From Alloascoidea hylecoeti (taxonomy: Eukaryota), in NCBI GenBank assembly GCA_001600815.1, contig BCKZ01000003.1:186001-250000 (forward strand): a stretch of 64,000 nucleotides of DNA. Direction: 5' to 3'. This document shows, one piece after another, positions 1 to 9,626 of this stretch. The stretch's first letter is position 1, and every line of letters starts with the position of its first letter. A program made the position numbers and the translations under genes. Below the pieces are notes generated by a model. It was not told the DNA's origin. It saw only the letters and a list, made by a program, of their open reading frames with translations, and did not search any database.

Positions 1-812
1 ATATATATTTAGATTCATTATTAATGAAATATGCCCTATTGTAACGTCATGTTTCAATGGTAATCTCAGCGGCATGTTAATTGTGACCAATATATATGCA
101 TAAATAGCTATTCAAGCCTGATATTAATATAAGAACTTATATATACCATTATAAGTAGGCTACAATCATATTAATATTAATTTCAACAACTTTCCGTCTA
201 TCTACGTATACATTAATACAACACTTATAAATTTGTTCAACTGCAAGCAGTGTACTAATTATTTCGGGGCAAATTTACATCTCAAAGCGCCAGCTTAAGA
301 AATTTGGATCCAATTACAGTTTTTAAATTTTCTAATTGCAATTGTTTTACCTTCTTCATTTGTATATTATAATCATTTTCAGCTCATTATGAATATAAAA
401 ATAATTAATTACACCATATAACCCTTTGCAACTCAATTATAGCCATGGTATTTTTAAATTTAATCGCAAGCGGTTGTATATGGATGGTATCATCAATATT
501 AATTCCAATGATCTGCATATACATATGGGAAGTTAATTAATAAATTTTATCCTTTAACAGAATTCGAAAATAGATATTTTAAAGAAATCTGACACTTCGT
601 ATATCGTACAGTCTTAATTTCAGCCATTATTATTATTAATTATTGGTAATTTCAATAACTAATATTCCGTCGGGTTTGGTACCCGAAGCTGTCATATTCA
701 TATTATTAATGGGTCTTTTTTTTTTTCAAGTGCCCATTAAGGCTCTATCTTAAACTTCTATATCTAGTAATCAGAACGTGACCTAGTGAAAAAAAAAACC
801 AATAAAAAGTAG

Positions 813-900
813 CTCCCACACAGGGGCTCGAACCCTGGACATTTCGGTCAGCTTCTAACTTTCTAAAAGCCGAACGCTCTACCAACTGAGCTATGCGGGA
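813..900 (-). tRNA. tRNA-Lys(TTT) with 15-nt intron
   Basis: Reverse complement folds as a cloverleaf: TCCCGCA acceptor, D arm GCTC-AGTTGGTA-GAGC, anticodon arm TTCGG-CT-TTT-A[GAAAGTTAGAAGCTG]A-CCGAA, T arm CAGGG-TTCGAGC-CCCTG. It closely resembles yeast tRNA-Lys(UUU) and is followed by a T-run. Confidence 0.96.
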
Positions 901-958
901 GATTTACAAACGTCAAGGAGGAACTCACGGTCCTATAGCCACCATCAGGTAAAAAAAG

Positions 959-1935
959 GAAAATATATGAAGTTAAAAAAAAAAAGAAAGATCACTATAA
1001 ATAGTAGAGATTTCCTCAGAATATACATAGTTTCTAGTTATATAATCTAATTGGAAAATATATGAAAAGTTAAAAAAAAATTGATTCTACTCCTGAAATA
1101 CATTCCACAGTTCTTGAACTAGCTAGTTCGGGGATATATACAATTATATTGCATTCTTACCGCACATTTAATACCTTAGTATGTTTATTACTTCTAGGAC
1201 TTTTTCTATTAATAGCTTTTGGATTTATCTATATAAGCGTAGGATAAATCCCACTTTAGAGGGAAGTCAGTTTTAATACACTTTTTATCTTGATCTTAAT
1301 AAGCCGAGTATTGGTTGCTTCAGATACATAAGTTATTAACCAGTTCCAACGCTTACCTTACATATCTTAGGTGGATTTTAGCTATGATATTGACAAAATG
1401 AGAGACAATTAAAAAACACAAAAAAGAATCAAAATTAATGGTGGTTTGAGTAAAATAAGAACGAACTAAATCTTGTCAGAGAAAGAAGAAAAATATAAAT
1501 ATTTAAATGTCGAGGTTTTTCACTATATGAGTGGTTTCCTCACTTAAATAGTTTCTCGTTTTAATTGGAAATTTTATATAAAAGTAAAAAAGAGTGTTAC
1601 AATTGTCTCACGCATAGTGAGACTTCATCCGTTAATAGAATTTCCTCCTGCCCGGTATTTAAGGATTTTTTTTATTGTTTTACTGTCCCAAGGATTTAGA
1701 TATTAAGATGCCCACTCTATTTTATTTAGCAAAGGCACTGGAATTAAGAAAGAGCATAAGATACAGGGACACAACCGCAAATTTAAATAAAATAGGCTGG
1801 GCATTTTAATATTTAAATCCTTGAGAAAATAAAACAATAAAAAAATAATTTAAAACCAATGGTGGTTTCGATAATCTTATCAGAGAAGGAAGAAAAATAA
1901 ATATGAAAAGGTAGAGGATTTTCACTATATTTGAG
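959..1935 (+). mobile_element. Stack of 5'-truncated L1-like non-LTR retrotransposon 3' ends on the plus strand (approx. 959-985, 992-1080, ~1400-1592, ~1740-1935)
   Basis: 992-1080 (TCACTATA..AGTAGAGATTTCCTCAGAATATACATAGTTTCTAGTTATATAATCTAATTGGAAAATATATGAAAAGTTAAAAAAAAA) is the near reverse complement of 60574-60660, the tail of the RT-bearing copy. 1764-1830 matches the 60790-60852 part of that copy. Confidence 0.85.
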
Positions 1936-1999
1936 AGTTAATATAATATTTCTGGCGGGTTCTGGCGTATTTGATACTTTTTAATTCTAGATCTAGTGC

Positions 2000-3389
2000 C
2001 TTTACTATAAGGTTATAAACTCGTCCTTCTTTCTCATATTTTTTTCTTTGATATTATCAATCCTTTGATTCCTACTCTGTAGGATCTTAACATCATTTTC
2101 TCTACCATTTTTATGGTAGAGCATTTTTCAAACATATGCTTTATATCATCTTTTCCTTGTTGAACTAAACTACATAACTGATTTTTGCCACTAATATTTT
2201 GTATTCTAGATTTAATTGATGTAAATCACCTTAGTTACGTATCACAAGCTAAAAAGATGAGTACTTAGTGTTTCCTCTGGGTGTTCTTGTAAGATTCTTT
2301 GATGTTTCCCCATAATTTCTTCCAATCTTCTTTTTTTAAACTTTGAACTCAAGAAGGTTGCTTATAGTCTATATGTTGGGTTATTCATTGGTTTATTTAT
2401 CGTTAATTAGTCGTTACTTCCGACATTTCGTATGCTCTTAATACAATCTCATCCTCGAATTCACCCAATTTTTTCTTACTTTATAAATACGTATAATTTT
2501 CAATTAAAATTTTAACCATAGAAACTATTTAAGTGAGATTTTTTTAACTTTACATATAATTTCCGATTAAAACTTTTAAATAATTTAAACCTGTTAAGAG
2601 GAAACTACTAAATTGAGAAAATCACACATAGAGTATTTTTTTTTTAACTTTACACATAATTTCCAATTAAATGACTAGTACTAACTAGAAACTATTTAAA
2701 GAAGGAGGTCATTCATAGAATGAAGACCCTCATTATCTGATTACATCTTTCTTTCATCTTTCTTGTCCTTCTCCTTTTTCTTATTTATTTATACCACCAT
2801 ATTGGCTGAATGTTTTTTATTTTCCAGGTATCTTGATATTAAGATACACTAATAAAATTCTGTGAGTAATTGTGGTTTTGTTCAATTTATTATAATTATA
2901 TGTTTTCTAATTCTATTGTTTTGATAATATTATATACTGTTTTTTCCATATTATATTTATGATCTGTATCTGTTTCGTTTATATAAAAACCTCTTCTTCT
3001 TAACTTATTTTTGACTCTCTTTTCTGTTTTTCTTGTACTTATTACTTTTCTTTATCTTACCACCATGTTTTTCGTTTTGTTTTGCTTTTCATAATATTTA
3101 GCTTAAATACTTTGATAATATCTTTCAATCATAAGATAATAATTTAACATTCTTTGTGTTTTTTTTTTTTTTAACTTTATATATTTTCCAATTAAATTAT
3201 ATAACTAGAAACTATGTAAATTCTGAAGAAATCTCTACTATATATATAAAAACCTCTTTCTCTAATCTTCTTATTTTTGTGTATTCTTGCCACTCTTTTT
3301 TCTTCTCTTATGAACCTAGACCACCTTAAAAGTAATTTTTTTTTTATTAGATATTTTTTACTTTTTCAAGTTTTTAGATAACCAAGAAT
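2000..3389 (-). mobile_element. Stack of 5'-truncated L1-like fragments on the minus strand (approx. 2000-2345 zinc-finger region, tails at 2469-2537, 2539-2634, 2636-2880, 2940-3130, 3159-3389)
   Basis: Minus-strand translation of ~2100-2345 gives degenerate LKKEDWKKLWGNIKESY.EHPEET and CSL.QQGKDDIKHMFEKCST, matching 60876-61130. Repeated poly(T)+AACTTT...TAGAAACTAT tails are visible. 3159-3389 aligns with 60574-60810. Confidence 0.85.
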
Positions 3390-3446
3390 TTTCCCATTGC
3401 TAGGGTGCTAGTGGTTCATTAGTAATAGTCGCTACAAAACAAAAAA

Positions 3447-3519
3447 GCCTTGATGGCCAAGTTGGTAAGGCGTAACACTAGTAATGTTAAGATCGTTGGT
3501 TCGAATCCGACTTGAGGCA
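3447..3519 (+). tRNA. tRNA-Thr(AGT)
   Basis: GCCTTGATGGCCAAGTTGGTAAGGCGTAACACTAGTAATGTTAAGATCGTTGGTTCGAATCCGACTTGAGGCA: 73-nt cloverleaf, AGT anticodon, followed by a T-run. Confidence 0.96.
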
Positions 3520-3546
3520 TTATTTTTATCGTACTCAAATATTTAA

Positions 3547-4099
3547 TTCGCCAACATGGAGTGAAAATTTTCGTCGCTTTGACATGTAAATATAGTAAAG
3601 TAGAGAATAAATGTCAGTTGATAGGGAGAGATTATTTAGTTGCATTAAGCAAAGTATATTTCGCCTCAATATTCGAATTGTTTGTGACTGTACTTACTTC
3701 TCAGTATACTGTATCTTAGCCAGTATGTTTTTTTTATGTTTTTTTCATACTTTTATTATAAGTTATACTAGACTAATAGTCTATAAGAGGATAAAAACTA
3801 TGAGTAGAGAATTTTTTAAAAAAGTTTGTTATACCCTGACAGTACAACAATGTCTGACATTTTATATTTACAAACGCGAGGAATGTATTAAGACAGAAGG
3901 GCTAACTCTTTGTCATCCATACTGCAAATTAGATTCTCAACATACTGGCTAATATACATTCACAGACAAGTCGAATATGGGGCCGAAATATATGCTGGGT
4001 ATGCAACCAAATAATCTCTCCCTGTCACTAATATTTATTCTTTACTATACTGAATAATCACATGTCAAAGTGATGAAAATGTCTCTCCAGATTGGCGAA
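3547..4099. mobile_element. Foldback/MITE-like element with long imperfect inverted arms (3547-3729 and 3939-4099)
   Basis: Left arm blocks TTCGCCAA, CTTTGACATGT, AGGGAGAGATTATTT, GTTGCAT, ATATTCGA and TTAGCCAGTATGTT all recur, in order, as reverse complements in the right arm. No transposase ORF and no clear target-site duplication. Confidence 0.65.
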
Positions 4100-4525
4100 C
4101 TCTGAGTGGAAAAGCTAGTGTGCTATCTATAACTTGTAAATATAATTATAATTAACAAATAACAAATACGTCTAATGATATGTTTAACAATAATAATCAT
4201 CATCATTGCTGTATAATTCTATTTTAACATGTTTTACTGAAAAACAATTGCAATGCTTGGTTATGGGTGAAAACGGCACCCACTTTTTGATCGTCTTTTA
4301 ATAGTATTGGGAGTCAAGTCTGCGACAGTAGGTTTTAACTTGGTCAATTAATTGCAATATATTTTAAAGCGATATATAAAATTAGAGATTATTTAATTTA
4401 AGGTGAATAAAAAGAAATCAAATAAATTGAGTATTCCATAGGTTAACATGGGTCTATGGTATAACCTAAAAATATCTTCAAACCACCATCCAACTTCTGC
4501 ACACACCCACAGAAAAGTAATAAAA

Positions 4526-6162
4526 ATGGGATCGATTGAAGCCATTTATATAACAGACATTAATAGGTACATATACCACTATTATATTTAAATGATCTTT
4601 CTTGCTAACTATTTATTAGCTACAACCTCCTATTTGAATACACTCTGTCGCCCTCTGCCCCATGTTTTCCATCTTTACAAGCCATTTTGACCACAGAATC
4701 ATTTAATCAAGACTCTTATCAAAAATCTACAAATTCCCCTTTTCCACCGGTGATTGAACTTCAATCTTCATCGTCCGTCCTTTTTACTTTTGCATACCAG
4801 AATCACTTATTATTTCTAATTCCTTGTTTATCTACTATCTCACCATTAGTCCCCTTTGAATTTTATAACCGTTTCATTGATGCTTTACATGATTTTCTTG
4901 GACAGCCTATCCTGAGCACGAAAGTTCAATCGCATCCTGATATAATTTCCCTCGTATTACTCGAAATGGTTGAATTTGGAGAACCGTTTAATACGGAACC
5001 AAATTCTATAAGAGATTTAAACTCGTCTGAGAATTTCCTAACAAAAATTCTTTCTACTGGTGGATCACAAAATTCACGCTCCGGTGCTGTATCAGGAAAT
5101 CTTCGTGGCGTTAGTACCCCTTCAGGGTTTGGAAACACAGCTGGATCTGGCACAGGAATGGATACAATTCCATGGCGTCGTACAAATGTTAAACATACAC
5201 AAAATGAGTTATTTGTCGATATAATTGAATCAATTGATGTTATCTTACAAACATCAAAAAACAGTAATAGTGATATATCATTTACTTCCAATTCAGGCTC
5301 TGCTTTTTATAATACATTATCTTCGAAATCCACCAATAAGAATGGAAAATCTAATCAAAATTATAAAACTAATACTCAACTTATTAAATCAATAATAAAC
5401 GGTACAATTCATTTCACATCACATTTATCTGGTATACCAGATTTACAATTAATTTTAGATTTAGCGGATAATAAAATTGATTATCCATCATTGCATCCAT
5501 GTGTTAGACTTAAAAGATGGTTAGATAACCCAGGTACACTATCATTTATGCCACCTGACGGAAAATGTCTTTTAGCAACTTACTCAATTCCAGATGTTCC
5601 GACCTCGAATATTGGAATTGTACAGATCGAATTAAAAAATCATATTGGGTTATCAAATAATGAATTTGAAATCAGAGTTTGGACCAATATGGCTAAAAAT
5701 GTTAAAGGAATAAATAAATTAAAAGTTACGATTGTTTCTGATATTGAAAAAACAAGAAATATAAAAGTTATAAGAGCATCAAGTGGCGATTTAATCTATA
5801 AAAGTTCTGGTGTTGCAGAATGGGTATTTGGTGAAAATGTACCATTAGGTTGGAATGCTACTTTGAGAGGTACAATAATAAAACAAGAAGAAGAAGATTT
5901 TGATAAAAATATTGATAATTCTGTTGACGATGATGAAGAATTACCCAAAATTTCTGAGTTGAATATATCAGATAAATCTTCAAACAATCGGATTTTGTTT
6001 CCACAATATGTGAAACTTTCTTATGACTGTATGGGATATTTACCGAGTGGTATAAAAGTTGCAAATTTAAAACTCGTTTCATCAAAAGGTATGAGTGATT
6101 CTGTTAAACCGTATAAAGGTGTCAAATATTCAACGGCTGTGGACCAATTCATAGTTAGATAA
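4526..6162 (+). CDS. APM3: AP-3 adaptor complex mu subunit; exons 4526-4566, 4620-6162
   Basis: Adaptin-mu motifs PWRRTNVKHTQNELFVDIIE, LHPCVRL..W, LSFMPPDG and KPYKGVKY. The intron (GTACAT..GCTAAC..TAG) joins MGSIEAIYITD in frame. Confidence 0.88.
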
Positions 6163-6302
6163 GTAATTGAAAACAATGGTCACCCATATCAATATTTGTA
6201 TTCTATTATACTTTATTCTATTCTATTGTATACGTATTGATATATAGAATGTATGTATAACAATAAAGAATTTTGACCTAATTATCCAATTAGTTATATA
6301 AA

Positions 6303-7503
6303 CTATGATGTGCCATTTGATTTGGTTGGTTCACCTTCCACAAAGACTCTTTTAATTTTAATGCCATTTTTCAACAAGGCAATAATATCGGAAAGACTTA
6401 AATTTTTGAATTGGAAAAAAGAATGTTAGTCCAATTTAAAAGAATGAGTTTAATAATCATTTATATTAACTTACGACTGAACAATATAATCAGTTTCCTT
6501 TAGATGGTGAGCGTTTTTATTATCGGGAGATTCCAATAAAATCGTGGTAGCCCCAGCATTTGCACCAGCTTTCATATCATCAATGGAATCACCAACCATT
6601 ATTACGTGCTCAGGATTGGCATTCTATAGGGAAATATTAGTTATGCAGTTTGTTTGTTTGACTTAAGATTTTTGAATGATATTTACCCAACTATCGGCAA
6701 TTTTCAAGATCCCAGCAGGATGTGGTTTTGGAGGATGAAATTCTCTAGTAATGATCTATTTGAAATCCATTTGTTAAAACTTATAACTTGGGCAGGGTAT
6801 ATCAAGACGGTTAAGCCACAACCTACCGGTTCAAATTTATGTTCAGGCAGAAATTCACTTAACAAATGATAAACAGGAATTGGAAAGTTTCTTGTGCAAA
6901 TTGCTTTTGGAATCTTAACTTCGTCAAGGAACTATTAAATCAAGAACGTGGTCGAAAATATGACAAGTTAATAGTTAGGTTATGATCAGCCATTAATAAC
7001 ATGCGTATTTCCACCTACATCCATCAATTCAAGAAGGCCCGGCTGTGGGATCTATATTTCCATAGTCAGCATAAGAAAACAAACAAATTCGGATGTCAAA
7101 ACATACGATCTGAACCATTGCTTCTCTTTCGATATCTTCCAGGGCCTTTTGAGCCTTTTGTTGTTCCTCATCGGGTAATGAGTGGACATGATCTAAAATA
7201 TCAACTGCTTTTGTAATTCCTAGAGCTTCTCTCATTTTGGCTATTCCTCCATTAGCACCTCTTTATTGAAATTATATGATCCAATTGGGTTTGTGTCTGA
7301 CATACCGAACATCCAGGTCTAATATTCAGATTAGTATTTAGATTAAACACAAATGAGGGAAAAAGTTAGAAGGTGAATATGAGTCAAACATCACTAATAT
7401 TACTATATACCTGTGGTTTACACAAAGTCCCGTCCATATCAAAGACAACCCCCTTCAATGGGACGTCTGACACATTTTCTGGTTTCACTATAAGTCTTGC
7501 CAT
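6303..7503 (-). CDS. HAD-superfamily hydrolase (YOR131C-like), 229 aa, 8 exons: 7503-7411, 7318-7306, 7240-7107, 7051-7019, 6931-6827, 6755-6687, 6623-6475, 6396-6303
   Basis: Splicing seven GT-AG introns gives a 690-nt open frame with HAD motifs VVFDMDGTL, ICTRN, KPHPAGIL and MVGDSIDDMKAG. Confidence 0.9.
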
Positions 7504-7579
7504 TCTAACGATCTTTTCAAATATCATAAAATCCAAGCACAATAAATTTAAGCCTTCGAGATAAAGCTTATGGTCTGAG

Positions 7580-7587
7580 CCGGGTAA
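7580..7587. promoter_or_regulatory. Reb1-type site CCGGGTAA in the 156-bp divergent HAD/VPS17 promoter
   Basis: Exact match to the yeast Reb1 consensus. The same motif recurs in promoters at 42594, 44760, 63928 and 63954. Confidence 0.5.
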
Positions 7588-7659
7588 CTTCGGGGCTATT
7601 TTCCACCCACACACTCCTCCTTTTAGATTTACGAGCACCCTATATAACCAACCAATAAC

Positions 7660-9369
7660 ATGACTTCATCAATCCCTTATAATCCAGAAGGTTTTGGTGA
7701 TGAGGACAATAATCCGTTTGCAACTTCTGACTCATTATCTGGTTCACAGGTCCCGGATCCAATACCAGCAATTGAGAGTTCTAAACCTACAAGGCCTACC
7801 ATGAGTAGTGACAGGTTAGTTGGAGAAGAGGCAGTTATAGGAGTTTCTCCACCACCACAGCCAAAACCAGTTAAAAGGAAGCAGATTAAGGAGTATAAAT
7901 TGACGGTCAAGATCACTTCTGTGGAGAGACATGGGAAAAAGGATCCAATTTTCAGATTTGATGCTCATGTAAGACTAAATCAATATATTGCTCACTCCAC
8001 GATTGTAAAACACTAACCTCTTTCTTTTCTAGACAAATCTTCCTCGTTTTAGAACTTCTACTTTTAAAGATGTCCGTAGGACTCATCATGAATTTATTAA
8101 ATTTTTTGAATATTTAAATGGTGCTAATCCTGAATGTTTTGTACCTTCAGTGCCACCATCTCATACATCAGCAGGTATTGGAACAGAAGAAAATGAAATT
8201 AAGGTTAAAAGAAACATGCAACAGTGGTTAGACCGTGTTACCAATAATCAAATTCTAATTAGAGACGAGGAATTTGTATTCTTTATTGAAAGTGATTTTG
8301 GAGTAAGTTTATTTTATTTCTTGTCAGGTCAATTTATTTAATTTATTAACTAAAGATTTGGTCTTAGTATACACCAGTAAATAAGAAAAAACCACCAGCA
8401 ACTGGATTGATGAGAAAGACTTTGAAACAATTTCAAACACCTTATGATGAAACAGAACTCGCCACATTTAGACCATTAGTTAAACAAATCTATTTACAAA
8501 CTCAAGAAGCACATACGAAACTTGAAAAGTCATCAAAGGCACGCCGTTCTTTTGGTTTAGCAGAAACAGATTTTGGTAACAAATTAACAAATTTTACAAA
8601 TTTAGAATTAGTTCACCCAGGAATGGCAAATATGTGGAAAAAATTAGGTAAAACAATTCAAAGTGTTGGTGATATTGATTTAATTAAATCAACTGCAGAA
8701 CAATCTACATTGGGCGACGTGTTATTGTGGATTTCAAAAGATTCTTATGTTGCAAAAGAATCAATGACAAATAGGTATTTGATAATGAGAGAATTAATAA
8801 AAGCCCAAGCAAATACAAAATCTAAGCATTCAGTTGCTCAAAGATTAAAAGCATCCTCATCAATTAATCCTTTAAAAGTTGATGAAGCAATAAATTCTTT
8901 AGATGAGGCAACGAGATATGAAGAAGGAATTACAAGAAAGGTTAACAGAGTTACTGAAAATATGTTACTTGAAAAAGATGAATATTTAAAACAAGTCGAA
9001 AATATGTTTCGTGGTAATATTGCTGAAATGGTTCAAAGAACAATCGAAGCTGAACGTCGTACTTTAAGTGTTTGGGAATCTATACGTTTGGACGTTCGAG
9101 CTGTTGATACGAACGGTGGTTTAAGTCGTTTAGGAAGAGAAGGATATCCCAAACAATTACGTCCGTCATCATTTGCCCAGAGTCAAGGCCCAAAGGGTGA
9201 CAGTTGGAGTGGAGATAGGACCACTAGAGCAGTTAGTATCAACACTAAAGATATTGTCGCAGGTGACAGTTATCAAGACAGCACACCAAACGATGATATA
9301 GGTGAGGAAGAAAATAATGTTGTCGATGCTAGAAATGCGGCTAGTCTACTGGCAGGTTCAACTTTCTAG
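7660..9369 (+). CDS. VPS17: Retromer PX-BAR sorting nexin Vps17; exons 7660-7968, 8033-8302, 8368-9369
   Basis: FRFDAH|TNLPRFRT..DVRRTHHEF..LNGANPECFVP and FFIESDFG|YTP motifs, with a C-terminal LDARNAASLLAG-like end. Both introns restore the frame. Confidence 0.93.
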
Positions 9370-9626
9370 CTATAATTATTACTGATTTTTTACTCATTTT
9401 TTACTCTGTTTTTGTATTTTTTCATTTAAATTTTATGATCATTAATTAAATTATAATTTATAATTGTAGGCATGCGCTTCGTATCTGCGTAAGCGTAAAT
9501 CCAGGTCTGTTCGATGCTGAAATATACGCTTGGAACTGTTGAAAACAAAATTTTCTCTTAATTCCTTTTTTTTCGATTTCTTTCTGTCATTCTTGAGAAA
9601 TATATAATAAAGGATAATTATAAAAG

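Noticed and set aside
959..3389. CRISPR-like or satellite interpretation of the recurring motif
   Set aside because: Irregular spacing, poly(A) ends and homology to the RT-bearing element explain it as LINE tails; the context is eukaryotic.
3611..3952. 113-aa ORF
   Set aside because: Lies inside the foldback element, has biased composition and no recognisable motif.
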